64,000 nucleotides of DNA from Minisyncoccota bacterium (GCA_041659785.1 JBAZXO010000004.1:13270-77269); one strand, 5' to 3'; positions 8,154 through 17,660 are shown, counted from the stretch's first letter. The notes: generated from the letters alone by a model not told the origin. Translations and numbers: made by a program.

Positions 8154-10460
8154 TTATATTTCGCAAACTCCAGAAACACAAGCGAATTCTTTTGCTCCAG
8201 TAGTATTGTCTGCCATTTCGTATTGAGAAAGTTTAGAGAAATCAATAGTACCGATAGCCCTAGAACGCTTTTCGTATTCTTCTTTTGAGATTGCTTCATA
8301 AGGAGCAAGCTGATAGACGTGTTCTGATCGAGGAAGGAAAGAAAGTCCACCAATCCAATCCCAGTTTTCGTATACGAAATTTCCAACAGCAAGCCATTCA
8401 TCTGGGCCTACATAAATCGTCGCAGATGGATTGTGTTCTACGAAATGCTCCTTTAATCTTTTCCATTCTTTTATAAGATCTAATGCGGAAACTTCATCTT
8501 TAAAGACTGCTCCAGCTGGTGCCTTGACTGGGAATTCTAAGACGAAAGTAGTGGCTGACTCAACGGATTGCCCAACCTCTGGTAAGCAAGGTACTCCTTG
8601 ATCTCGAGCCATTTGAAGGAGGGTGTCGGTATGAGAAATACGTACTCGACGGATGAAATATGGAGCAAACCAAGGATGCATACCTGAACCGACGCCCAAG
8701 AGCTGTCCAGAGTTACCGTGAGGCTTCACGCAAGTAATAGCTGTGGAAGCATTAATACCGAAACGCTTTGCATACTTTTTGTTTGTTTCGATTGAATCAA
8801 GACGAAGAGTATCTAATACTTTATCATTTCGAATAACTGTATTGTCATAGTAACCAGTGAGCGATACACCGAGAAGCCTCTCTTCTTCGCAATTCTCTTT
8901 CCATTTTTTAGAAAGATAACCGAAGTTAGTCAAGGTGGATTGATATGTTCCGAGGAGTGTAGCTAATTCCATTTTTCTTTTTAATGTTTCTACTGTATCT
9001 TTCGGACGTATAACGATACTGGTTAAATTACAAAATTGTCTGGAGCGAAGATAAATTTCTCCACAAGGATTCATTCCTATCTGTCTTTCGTTTTTGATAG
9101 ATTCCCATCTGCGGGCGGGCAACTGTTTCTCTAATCCTCCGCGATTGAAAATTCCACGCTCACCTGACTTAGATTTTACTAAAGCTGTCCACTCATCTAG
9201 AAATTCTTCGGCTGATGGCTTTGCATTATAGACAGCTGAATTATTCGCCATTGCGCGCTGTTCTTCTGTTAAATAAAATTGTCCCTTCTTTGCATCTCGC
9301 ATTTCTGTATCTTCAAGTTCAGAAATAGAAATAAGTGCACTACGTCTGACACCTCCGGCTACGACGATCATCCCAATCTGACAAATGATGTCATGCATAT
9401 CTAAGTTTGAAAGACGGCGACCCTGTTTCGATAAAATTTTTCTTTTTGCAAATTCCATTAAATCCATAAGTGGTTGTGGTCCAGATGCTCTGCCTCCAGC
9501 AGTCTCTAGACGTGCTCCAGCTGGTCTAACCATAGAATAATCAAACTTAACATCTCTACCATCAAACCAAGCCTTAAGACCTAAGACGAAAGCATCTGCC
9601 CAGCCTTCCTTACTATCTACTACAACATGAGTGGAAGCCTTTTCTTTTGTTTGTTTTTTTATTTGAGGAAATTGTTGAACGTTCTCCCACTCGACAGCGA
9701 AGCCAAGCCCTGCACCACACATTGAAATATACATAATCTCACCCAAGTCTTGAGGACAAGTAGGAGCAATATAAGAGCAATTATAGGCCCAAACATTGGA
9801 CTGACGGCAAGCCTTGCCAGAAGACCACAAAAGACGCATAGAAGGACAAATATCTTGATTTAAAATGGCCTGGCGTACGTCTTCGTATTCCTTAGCAGAT
9901 AATTTATCTCCTAAATTCTCTTTCATATAAGCCATATAACGGTCAACAGTTTCTATCCAAGTCTCTCTGCGGCCTAATTCTGGAACCCACCTAGAATAAA
10001 ACTGATAGAAAATATATTCTGAATATGGGCTAGAGAAATATTTACTAGATTCTTCTACTGCAGCTCTGACAGATTCTGAAACCGGACCAAAACTCGCACG
10101 AAGTTCTGAACGCTTGTTACGATAAAGAATATATTTCTTGGCAGTATCAGCAAAACCATTTGCCATTAATTCTTTTTCTACGTAGTCCTGAATAATTTCA
10201 ACTGTTGGCAAAAATTTTGCTCCTTTGTGTGTGCTTGCGAGCTCGGTCTGAAGTTTTAGGAGACTTCTGAAAACACGATTAGCCACAGTGTGTGACTCTT
10301 CTTCTCCACCCTCTCCTGAAACTTCAAAAGCTTTAAAAATTGCCCGGGCGATTCTATCTAAGTCAAAAGGAACAACTTCACCAGTTCTCCTTCTGATTGA
10401 TTTTATTTTTGCCCTCTCACTTTTTAGAATTTTTTCGCTCGCTGTTTTTTTTGTTTTCAT
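8154..10460 (-). CDS. nrdJ: Class II (adenosylcobalamin-dependent) ribonucleotide reductase with N-terminal ATP-cone
   Basis: ATP-cone (IRRRTGEVVPFD), RRETWIET, YNCS, GGVRRSA, NPCGEI, CNLTS, TCVKP, C-terminal CVSGVC. Confidence 0.93.
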   Translation of the reverse strand: MKTKKTASEKILKSERAKIKSIRRRTGEVVPFDLDRIARAIFKAFEVSGEGGEEESHTVANRVFRSLLKLQTELASTHKGAKFLPTVEIIQDYVEKELMANGFADTAKKYILYRNKRSELRASFGPVSESVRAAVEESSKYFSSPYSEYIFYQFYSRWVPELGRRETWIETVDRYMAYMKENLGDKLSAKEYEDVRQAILNQDICPSMRLLWSSGKACRQSNVWAYNCSYIAPTCPQDLGEIMYISMCGAGLGFAVEWENVQQFPQIKKQTKEKASTHVVVDSKEGWADAFVLGLKAWFDGRDVKFDYSMVRPAGARLETAGGRASGPQPLMDLMEFAKRKILSKQGRRLSNLDMHDIICQIGMIVVAGGVRRSALISISELEDTEMRDAKKGQFYLTEEQRAMANNSAVYNAKPSAEEFLDEWTALVKSKSGERGIFNRGGLEKQLPARRWESIKNERQIGMNPCGEIYLRSRQFCNLTSIVIRPKDTVETLKRKMELATLLGTYQSTLTNFGYLSKKWKENCEEERLLGVSLTGYYDNTVIRNDKVLDTLRLDSIETNKKYAKRFGINASTAITCVKPHGNSGQLLGVGSGMHPWFAPYFIRRVRISHTDTLLQMARDQGVPCLPEVGQSVESATTFVLEFPVKAPAGAVFKDEVSALDLIKEWKRLKEHFVEHNPSATIYVGPDEWLAVGNFVYENWDWIGGLSFLPRSEHVYQLAPYEAISKEEYEKRSRAIGTIDFSKLSQYEMADNTTGAKEFACVSGVCEI

Positions 10461-10464
10461 AAAG

Positions 10465-11034
10465 TTAAATTGTTTTAGGATTAAAGGTGTTGATAAATGA
10501 CGGCCCTTCTTTTTTCTTTTTCCTAATCAGCGAGTGATATATCGCGGGTGATAAAATCAAGGCAAAGGTTATGTTGCCAAGTAGATGAAGTGCGGTAAAT
10601 GGAATTTGTCCGACGAGAGATTGCATAAATGATTGATGGAAAAAAATTGGCCCAACAGTAAGGCCAGTTATTGCATCAAAAAATAAAGTTCCAATGATTG
10701 CAAAACGCACAAAGCTCCAAGAATTTGATTTTTGTTTTTTAAAATAATTGGCAGACCACAAACCAAGCACCCCATAAGCGAAAACAGTGAAGAAAGTTTG
10801 TACTCCGAGTGTGTGGGTGACTACATCGTAGAGTAAAATACTTAAGACAGCAAAAGAAAAACCTACGAGTGCTCCGTAAATACGAGAAAAAGGCATCATA
10901 GTCGCGAGAATTGGCTCAATATTCGGTGCACGCACTGGAATTAAACGTACAAATAAACACAAAAAAAGACCAACAAAAAACTTCAGAAAAAATTTGGGAG
11001 TAAGTTTAAAATAATTTTTTTTATCTGCGTTCAT
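10465..11034 (-). CDS. ECF transporter S-component, probably for cobalamin
   Basis: Six TM helices, PNIEP motif, PF...H..GN; co-transcribed with nrdJ and PduO. Confidence 0.7.
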   Translation of the reverse strand: MNADKKNYFKLTPKFFLKFFVGLFLCLFVRLIPVRAPNIEPILATMMPFSRIYGALVGFSFAVLSILLYDVVTHTLGVQTFFTVFAYGVLGLWSANYFKKQKSNSWSFVRFAIIGTLFFDAITGLTVGPIFFHQSFMQSLVGQIPFTALHLLGNITFALILSPAIYHSLIRKKKKEGPSFINTFNPKTI

Positions 11035-11130
11035 ATTATCTTTTTTTATCTAAATTAATCTGGATTTGTCTTAAAAAACCTAAGTTGTATAATACTAATT
11101 GAAATTCTAGGCTTTCGCAACCGTTAGGCT

Positions 11131-11171
11131 ATTATACACGAGACTAGTCCCCTTGTGTAAAGTGGATAACT
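11131..11171 (-). promoter_or_regulatory. Promoter of the B12/nrdJ operon with upstream DnaA-box-like TTATCCAC
   Basis: Minus strand TTATCCACT at 11169-11161 and TATAAT at 11136-11131. Confidence 0.45.
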
Positions 11172-11213
11172 CACTTTTTTTATCAATTTTAGGGGAAAAT
11201 AATTTTAAACAAC

Positions 11214-11708
11214 ATGGAAGAAAATAAGACAAGGTATGTTTGGGGATTTTTAAGGTTAGCAATGGGTTTGATCTTCTTGTGGGCCTATTTTGACAAGGTA
11301 TTTGGCCTTGGTTTTGCCACAAAACCAGAGCAAAGCTGGCTTGCTGGCGGGTCTCCTACCTCAGGATTCTTACAATTTGCTGTTCATGGGCCCTTTGCGA
11401 GCTTTTATCATAGCTTGGCAGGCATTCCTATGATTGATTGGCTATTTATGTTAGGTCTTCTATTTGTTGGAGTATCTTTAACCTTTGGCATTTTTGTTAA
11501 GTTAGGAAGTATCGCTGGAATAATGATGCTAGCCCTAATGTATACAGCTGTGGGTGTCCAACCGGCCAACAATCCATTTATAGATGATCATGTAGTCTAT
11601 ATAATAGTTATGGCGGGCTTAATGATGTCAGGTTCGGGTGATTATTTAGGCTTTGGAAAGGCTTGGTCTCGTACTCCCCTCGTTCAGAAATATAAAATAT
11701 TAAAATAA
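11214..11708 (+). CDS. DoxX/DoxD-family membrane protein
   Basis: LRLAMGLIFLWAYFDK, GGSPT, NNPFIDDH. Confidence 0.8.
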   Translation: MEENKTRYVWGFLRLAMGLIFLWAYFDKVFGLGFATKPEQSWLAGGSPTSGFLQFAVHGPFASFYHSLAGIPMIDWLFMLGLLFVGVSLTFGIFVKLGSIAGIMMLALMYTAVGVQPANNPFIDDHVVYIIVMAGLMMSGSGDYLGFGKAWSRTPLVQKYKILK

Positions 11709-11721
11709 TTCAGAAAATATA

Positions 11722-11769
11722 GGACAATTATAAAAAAGCACCCATATGGGTGCTTTTTTATAATTGTCC
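11722..11769. terminator. Perfect 48-bp palindrome, bidirectional terminator
   Basis: GGACAATTATAAAAAAGCACCCAT-ATGGGTGCTTTTTTATAATTGTCC between convergent doxX-like gene and tRNA-Ile. Confidence 0.8.
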
Positions 11770-11839
11770 ACCCTCAGGGACTCGAACCCCGGACCTGGCG
11801 CGTATAAGGCGCTCGCTCTACCAACTGAGCTAAGGGTGG
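11767..11839 (-). tRNA. tRNA-Ile(TAT)
   Basis: Acceptor CCACCCT/AGGGTGG, A73, D-arm GCTC-AGTTGGTA-GAGC, anticodon loop CTTATAC, T-loop TTCGAGT; CCA not encoded. Confidence 0.88.
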
Positions 11840-12504
11840 TAATTTTTACTACTAATCTCAGAAATATATTTCATACCCATGATTATATATTCCCAGAGAT
11901 CTCTATTCTCAAACATAACACAGCAAGTTCCTTTCCCAAAACCATTTTTATAAGTTATCGATTTTAAACTTGTTTTTTTAATATATGATTTTCGAAATTG
12001 ACTTATAGGTATTCTAAGCTCTTTTGACCAAAAATCAAGACTCTGCTTAATATTCATATCAGAATATAAATGTAACTTAATTTTTAAATCTTTATTTTTT
12101 ATTCCAAATAATTTTAACCATTTTATAAAAAACTTAAGCATAGCTGGATTTGTATTTGTGAGAATCACAGAACAGTTACTAGCTTTTGTTCCCTCTCCCC
12201 AATATAAAAATAATCCTGCTAAAAATAAATCTCTTTTTGAAATATTTCCAATATCTTTTGAAACTTTCTTATATACTTCCTCTAAACGAGCTTCTTTTTT
12301 ATTTCGCATTGTATTTCTATAATGCTCAATACGAATAGGACTATTGTCTCTCAACTCTCGAATCCTTTTTTCATTAAGGGGAAAATCTCGAAGCCATCCA
12401 CTTAGAGTGCTTTTGCTAACATCAATCTTTTCTTTGATCTGACTATAGCTCATTCCTTTTTTGCGCATAGCTAAAGCCTTTTGTTTGTCCTTTTTTCTTG
12501 CCAT
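11830..12504 (-). CDS. HTH + LAGLIDADG-like domain protein, tRNA-adjacent
   Basis: N-terminal GMSYSQIKEKIDVSKSTLSGW HTH; LAGLFLYWGEG and TNTNP motifs. Confidence 0.7.
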   Translation of the reverse strand: MARKKDKQKALAMRKKGMSYSQIKEKIDVSKSTLSGWLRDFPLNEKRIRELRDNSPIRIEHYRNTMRNKKEARLEEVYKKVSKDIGNISKRDLFLAGLFLYWGEGTKASNCSVILTNTNPAMLKFFIKWLKLFGIKNKDLKIKLHLYSDMNIKQSLDFWSKELRIPISQFRKSYIKKTSLKSITYKNGFGKGTCCVMFENRDLWEYIIMGMKYISEISSKNYHP

Positions 12505-12628
12505 AAATACGAACTAGCAAATACTAGTTATTAGTATAATATACCATGGTTCATGTATAAAATACAAAAAGAAAAACCGCCCTCCATACGGTTTCCCTTT
12601 TGAAGTGCGGGTTGATGAAAAAACAAAG

Positions 12629-13282
12629 TTACTGTTGCGGAGCTACGAGGTGACGCCCGAGCCCGGCATTCCAGACGCGGTCGCGCGAGAACTCGAACAC
12701 GTAAGCCTCGAGCCGACCAATGCCGCCAAAGCCCGCGCTGGCAACGAAGACATTGGAAAAGTCATCGTTGATTGGCTCATCTCCCCTCGTGAGAAGGAAG
12801 AATGTGCCGTAGCCGTCCTTACGAAGTTTGTCGGGATGTTCCCTGCAGAACTTCAGAAACTGACTTCCGAGCAGGTGACGCTTTTTGAGATGGGAAACTG
12901 AGTTCCCGAAGAAATCTGGGAACTTACCATCCTCGATAAGCTCATTGACGTCAATGTCAATCTCAGATGCAACACCCGAGAAGATGATTCCCCAGTTTTT
13001 GAAGTCTGAGTCGAGCCATCCGTCGAAAACCTTCGTGGCTGTTTCGTAGGTGTCGGTACCGTCGGTGGCACCGATGGTGGCCGTGAAAAGCCGGCGAAGG
13101 TAGACTTTCGTCTCCTCCACGACAGTATATTTCCACTCTCTGACGAACTTCGCCAGATCAGCAAAAAAGTTTTCGCCATACACCGAACTTAATCGGTTGG
13201 CGATGTCGAGCAAAAGCCCGAGCGTTCTTGCTGGAACGCCGACGAGGGCACGAGTGAGTGGGCCGAGCATATCCTTGGACAT
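12629..13282 (-). CDS. Hypothetical protein (GC-richer orphan cassette)
   Basis: 217-aa ORF with SD AGGAGA, consensus promoter and downstream terminator. Confidence 0.75.
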   Translation of the reverse strand: MSKDMLGPLTRALVGVPARTLGLLLDIANRLSSVYGENFFADLAKFVREWKYTVVEETKVYLRRLFTATIGATDGTDTYETATKVFDGWLDSDFKNWGIIFSGVASEIDIDVNELIEDGKFPDFFGNSVSHLKKRHLLGSQFLKFCREHPDKLRKDGYGTFFLLTRGDEPINDDFSNVFVASAGFGGIGRLEAYVFEFSRDRVWNAGLGRHLVAPQQ

Positions 13283-13326
13283 GATCTGTTTCTCCTTTCA
13301 GGAGCATGCATATGGTAACGGAATTG

Positions 13327-13397
13327 TCGCCATAGCTTTTAAGACACAATGTTGAACACTCAGTGTTTAACATTTCATGCTCTAAAAGCTATGGCGA
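13327..13397 (-). promoter_or_regulatory. Structured 5' leader (nested hairpin)
   Basis: TCGCCATAGCTTTTA/TAAAAGCTATGGCGA outer stem enclosing AATGTTGAACACT/AGTGTTTAACATT. Confidence 0.6.
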
Positions 13398-13430
13398 ATT
13401 TCGCAATTTTAAAGAACTTATAACCTACGT

Positions 13431-13460
13431 ATTATAGCATACAAAATACCTATTTGTCAA
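13431..13460 (-). promoter_or_regulatory. sigma70 promoter
   Basis: TTGACA-18 nt-TATAAT with TG extended -10. Confidence 0.7.
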
Positions 13461-13472
13461 ATACAAAGAAAA

Positions 13473-15398
13473 TTAACGAACTAATTCAAGTGTTGCTTTT
13501 TCTTCTTTCTTTTTTAGAAGTATTCCATGAGCAGTAAGAATTTTTTCATATTCTTCTTGTTCCAAAGTTTCTACCTCAATCAATTTAAGTGCGATAGCAG
13601 TGAATGCTTTTTTATGTTCATCTAATACCTTTTCTGCAGTTTTTAATCCATCATTTATTATTCTTGAAACTTCTGCATCGACTTTCGTTGCTACTGCTTC
13701 TGAAAATTCTTTTTCTACTGACTCTCCGAATTGAGGTCGTCCACCAGAATCAACTAATGCAACTGGTCCGATAACATCAGACATTCCCCATCTCGTCACC
13801 ATCGCTCGTGCCAAATTTGTTGCCACTTGTAGATCACTCGATGGTCCGGTCGTGATATCTCCGAAAATTAATTTCTCAGCGACATATCCCCCGAGAGACA
13901 TTGCGATGTCGTCAATGAATTCTTTTTTAGATTGTAAGCGTCGCTCTTCGAGTGGAAGTTTCAAAGTATATCCACCGGCATTACCACGCGCGATGATAGA
14001 AACTTTGTGCACTGGATCTGCATGAGGAAGTACTGATGCCACGATAGCATGACCCGCTTCATGGTATGCAGTAATTTCTTTTTCTTTTTTAGAAAGCAGA
14101 TGACTTTTCCTTTCTGGACCCATCATCACTTTTTCAATAGCACGAATCAAATCAAATTGAAAAACTTTCTTGCGATTTTCTCTAGCGGCCAAGATTGCAC
14201 CCTCGTTCATTAAAGAATACAAATCCGCTCCAGAGAAACCAGGAGTACGCTCGGCAATTAATTTCAAATTAATATCTTCTGCAAGTGGCTTTTTAAGAGC
14301 ATGAATTTTAAGTATTTCTTCACGATCAGCACGATCTGGTAAATCAAGAATTACTTTTCTGTCAAAACGTCCTGGACGAACGAGAGCTGGGTCGAGCACA
14401 TCTGGCCTATTTGTCGCTGCCATTACGATAACTTTATCATTGGGTTCAAAGCCGTCCATCTCCACCAATATTTGGTTTAAAGTCTGCTCTCGCTCATCAT
14501 TCCCCCCGCCGAATCCTCCCCCACGAGTGCGTCCTATCGCATCTATTTCATCTACAAAGATTATTGCTGGGGCAGCCTTTTTAGCCATCTTAAATAAATC
14601 TCGTACTCGGCTAGCTCCTACTCCGACGAACATCTCCACGAATTCTGAACCTGACAAATGAAAAAATGGTACAGAAGCCTCTCCAGCTACTGCTCGTGCG
14701 AGCAATGTCTTACCCGTGCCGGGAGCACCAGTCAACATCACACCCTTTGGAATCCTTGCACCAATTTCTAAAAACTTTTTTGGACTTTTCAAAAAGTCTA
14801 CAATCTCTTTTAATTCTTCTTTCGCTTCCTTACATCCAGCGACATCTTTAAATGTTACGCGATTGTTTTTATCATTAGGATCTGTGATGCGGGCCTTGGA
14901 CTGACCGAAGGTAAATGCTTGCATGCCGGCACCTTTCACCTGCCTGGATAAATACCAGAAGAAAAGCAATATAAAAATTATTGGCAAGAGAAATGGTAAT
15001 AAATTTACCAGCCAATACATAAATCCACTTTCATTTTTTATTTCTATTTTTGTATTTGTAAGTGCTGCACTCGTAACTCCGTAATTAAAAAGTGTTTGCG
15101 AAAGAGCTCCACCAACTTCTTTCTTAGAAGTTTTAACTTCATCATTTTTATATGTGATAGTAAGCTTATCCCCTTCCACTAAAATATCTTTTACGTCTCC
15201 AGCTTGAACACTTTTCGCTAAATCAGAAATAGCAACTTCGGGAATAACTTTTCCATCTCCAGAAACCACTAAATAAAGTGCTGTGATGAGCATAAAGAAA
15301 AGCAAAGCCCCGGCAATATTTGCTCCAAAATTTGATTTCTTGGGAGCCTTTTTACCTTTGCCCTGTGGGTCTTTTTGTTTGAAAAAATTAAAATCCAT
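13473..15398 (-). CDS. ftsH: ATP-dependent zinc metalloprotease FtsH
   Basis: Two TMs, [30 protein letters not shown]. Confidence 0.98.
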   Translation of the reverse strand: MDFNFFKQKDPQGKGKKAPKKSNFGANIAGALLFFMLITALYLVVSGDGKVIPEVAISDLAKSVQAGDVKDILVEGDKLTITYKNDEVKTSKKEVGGALSQTLFNYGVTSAALTNTKIEIKNESGFMYWLVNLLPFLLPIIFILLFFWYLSRQVKGAGMQAFTFGQSKARITDPNDKNNRVTFKDVAGCKEAKEELKEIVDFLKSPKKFLEIGARIPKGVMLTGAPGTGKTLLARAVAGEASVPFFHLSGSEFVEMFVGVGASRVRDLFKMAKKAAPAIIFVDEIDAIGRTRGGGFGGGNDEREQTLNQILVEMDGFEPNDKVIVMAATNRPDVLDPALVRPGRFDRKVILDLPDRADREEILKIHALKKPLAEDINLKLIAERTPGFSGADLYSLMNEGAILAARENRKKVFQFDLIRAIEKVMMGPERKSHLLSKKEKEITAYHEAGHAIVASVLPHADPVHKVSIIARGNAGGYTLKLPLEERRLQSKKEFIDDIAMSLGGYVAEKLIFGDITTGPSSDLQVATNLARAMVTRWGMSDVIGPVALVDSGGRPQFGESVEKEFSEAVATKVDAEVSRIINDGLKTAEKVLDEHKKAFTAIALKLIEVETLEQEEYEKILTAHGILLKKKEEKATLELVR

Positions 15399-15452
15399 AA
15401 GTAGAGATTAGCATAAAACATGCATAAAGAAAAGTTATGCTAAGATTAAGTT

Positions 15453-15899
15453 ATGGCTAATTATGCGGAAAACCGAAAAGCGCGGTTTGATTATGAAATT
15501 TTAGAAAAATACGAAAGTGGTATTGAGCTTTTGGGTACGGAAGTGAAGTCTGTGAGAGGTGGGCAAATGTCTCTAGAAGGAGCCTTTGTCATTGTTCGTG
15601 GAGGGGAAGCATTCTTAATTAATGCAAATATCCCTCCATTCCAACCTAAAAATGCTCCGCAGGACTATGATCCACTGCGCAATAGAAAACTTTTGCTTAC
15701 TAAAAAAGAAATAGCAGAATTAGCGGCAAGTGAGAAAAACAAGAGTTTGACAATAGTGCCACTTACAGTGTATAATAAAGCTAGGAAAATCAAGGTAAAT
15801 ATTGCTTTAGTTAAAGGCAAGAAAAAATTTGATAAACGTGAGACTCTAAAGAAACGCGACACTGACAGAGAGCTCCGAAGAGAGTATAAAGGACGTTGA
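15453..15899 (+). CDS. smpB: SsrA-binding protein
   Basis: NRKARFDY, GIELLGTEVKS, RKLLL, GKKKFDKRE. Confidence 0.97.
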   Translation: MANYAENRKARFDYEILEKYESGIELLGTEVKSVRGGQMSLEGAFVIVRGGEAFLINANIPPFQPKNAPQDYDPLRNRKLLLTKKEIAELAASEKNKSLTIVPLTVYNKARKIKVNIALVKGKKKFDKRETLKKRDTDRELRREYKGR

Positions 15900-15908
15900 C
15901 AATAGACC

Positions 15909-15948
15909 CCCTCTTTGATTCTCCCCCTTCGCAGGGGGAGTTTGAGGG
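15909..15948. repeat. REP-like hairpin related to family B
   Basis: CCCTC...CTCCCCCT-TCGC-AGGGGGAG...GAGGG between smpB and ssrA. Confidence 0.55.
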
Positions 15949-15981
15949 ACAAAAGAAATAATAATTTCTTTTACAATAGTT

Positions 15982-16380
15982 GGGGATGCAAGGCATAGAC
16001 AGTTGGCTCAATTGTTATTGATGCATACCGAGTACGGACGTAATCTCGTTAAAATTCGTTCAAATGTTAATTGCAAAATTGACTGCTAAAGCAAAAGCTG
16101 TAGTCTCTCCATTCTTCGGAATGAATGATTTCGCTTTCGCTCCATCTTTCGCGTAAGCCTGGGGTGGTGTCTATCTTATAGACTTCCGATATATAAGATT
16201 AGGCATAATATTATCGGGATAGGAAAAAGCATGTCTCGACTCTATCCGAAACAAAGGGGCTCGATTAAAGAATATTTGGCTCGTTTAAGAATTTTTTAAT
16301 CTAAACAAAAAAAGCGCGCTAAGTATGTAGACTTCTTTACAATAACCTTCTGCACGGGGATTCAATTTCCCCCATCTCCA
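15982..16380 (+). ncRNA. ssrA: tmRNA; tag reading frame 16073-16156 AKLTAKAKAVVSPFFGMNDFAFAPSFA*
   Basis: Acceptor GGGGATG/CATCTCC-A with G3-U70, T-arm GGGGA-TTCAATT-TCCCC, next to smpB, TAATT-GCA resume context. Confidence 0.92.
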
Positions 16381-16444
16381 CAAATGTTGACTTTAGGCCC
16401 CAATTAGGCTATTATCTTGTAGTCAAAGGTTTCTAAGGGTTTTC

Positions 16445-16969
16445 TTGGACACTTATTTACATAAATTGCGCGAACGAATAAACAACCAAATAAGAGCTAA
16501 AGAACTTAGAGTTTTAGACGGTGAAAATAAAAATCTCGGTGTTTTAAGCATAAAAGATGCTCTAGAATTAGCACAGAGTAAAGGCTTGGATTTAATTGAA
16601 ATATCGCCTAATAGTAATCCCCCAATCGCAAAGATAATGGATTTCGGGAAATACCAATATGAGGCGAACAAGAAATTAAAAAAGGCCAAAGCTGGTGCGA
16701 ACAAGACTGAGACCAAATCAATCCAGATAAAAATAGGCACCGGAGACCATGACTTGGAGTTAAAAGCGAAAACTGCTTCGAAATGGATCAAGGAAGGACA
16801 CAGAATCAAAGTAGAACTTTTCCTTGCTGGCCGTGCGAAGTATATGGATGAAAAGTTTTTAAAAGAGCGTTTAGATAGAGTTTTACATTTAATTACTGAA
16901 GATTATAAAATATCAGATAGTTATAAAAAAGGTCCAAAAGGTTTAACAACAACAATAGAGAAAAAATAA
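16445..16969 (+). CDS. infC: Translation initiation factor IF-3 (non-ATG start, exact start uncertain)
   Basis: INNQIRA, GLDLIEISPNSNPPIAKIMDFGKY; upstream of rpmI-rplT. Confidence 0.93.
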   Translation: MDTYLHKLRERINNQIRAKELRVLDGENKNLGVLSIKDALELAQSKGLDLIEISPNSNPPIAKIMDFGKYQYEANKKLKKAKAGANKTETKSIQIKIGTGDHDLELKAKTASKWIKEGHRIKVELFLAGRAKYMDEKFLKERLDRVLHLITEDYKISDSYKKGPKGLTTTIEKK

Positions 16970-16995
16970 CTACAGGCTTAACGCCACACAAATTT

Positions 16996-17193
16996 ATGGG
17001 AAAAGGAATGAAGACAAATAAATCATACAGCAAGAGATTAAAACTTACCAAGAACGGAAAGATTCTTTCTCGTAAACCTGGTTTTAACCATTTCAATGCT
17101 AAACAATCACGAAATTCACAGCTCGCTGGTCGCAAGGGTATGAGTTTTACAATCAAGAACAAACCTAAGAGTCATTTACTGCCTTTTTCATAA
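16996..17193 (+). CDS. rpmI: 50S ribosomal protein bL35
   Basis: MKTNKSYSKRLKLTKNGK; synteny. Confidence 0.93.
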   Translation: MGKGMKTNKSYSKRLKLTKNGKILSRKPGFNHFNAKQSRNSQLAGRKGMSFTIKNKPKSHLLPFS

Positions 17194-17230
17194 GACTTTA
17201 AAACTTTAAGGACTTTATAACTTTATAACT
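17194..17230 (+). repeat. Family E short array (ACTTTATA units)
   Basis: GACTTTAAAACTTTAAGGACTTTATAACTTTATAACT. Confidence 0.6.
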
Positions 17231-17238
17231 AAAATAAA

Positions 17239-17583
17239 ATGACAAGAGTAAAAAAGGGAGTACATGCGTTGAAGAGAAGAAGAAGTGTCTTGAAACAGAC
17301 CAAAGGAATGCGTCATGGACGCAGTACGAAGGAGCGACAGGCAAAGGAAGCCTTACTCCATGCTGGAAATTATTCTTTTGCGCACAGAAAAGACAAGAAG
17401 TCACACAATCGTAAACTTTGGAATATAAAGATAAATGCAGGTGCACGTGAGCTCGGTATGTCTTATTCAAAATTAATCGGTGCTCTTCACAAGAAGAACA
17501 TAATGCTTGATAGAAAGATATTATCCGACTTCGCAGAACATCACCCAAAAACATTCGCCAAAATTCTCGCAGCAGTACAATAA
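17239..17583 (+). CDS. rplT: 50S ribosomal protein bL20
   Basis: MTRVKKG, RKLWNIKINAGAR, LDRKILS. Confidence 0.96.
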   Translation: MTRVKKGVHALKRRRSVLKQTKGMRHGRSTKERQAKEALLHAGNYSFAHRKDKKSHNRKLWNIKINAGARELGMSYSKLIGALHKKNIMLDRKILSDFAEHHPKTFAKILAAVQ

Positions 17584-17660
17584 AAAATTAAAAAACACTT
17601 TTTAGAATGGTCTCCTGATTTTTTCCGAGGACCTTATAAAAAGTGTTTTTTAATTTTTTA
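17581..17660. repeat. Family D hairpin element / bidirectional terminator
   Basis: ACTTTTTAGAATGGTCT...CCGAGGACCTTATAAAAAGT with 23-bp outer stem spanning both stop codons. Confidence 0.75.

Noticed and set aside
8154-10460. Intein or intron in nrdJ (or recG)
   Set aside because: Lengths are normal, motifs are contiguous and no splice-junction motifs are visible.
11035-11130. Cobalamin riboswitch or NrdR box upstream of the B12 operon
   Set aside because: The leader is short and AT-rich with no B12-box; only a weak partial NrdR-like match is present.
12605-13179. Overlapping ORFs 12605-12901 (+) and 12853-13179 (-)
   Set aside because: Shadow frames of the GC-richer gene 12629-13282, which owns the promoter and SD.
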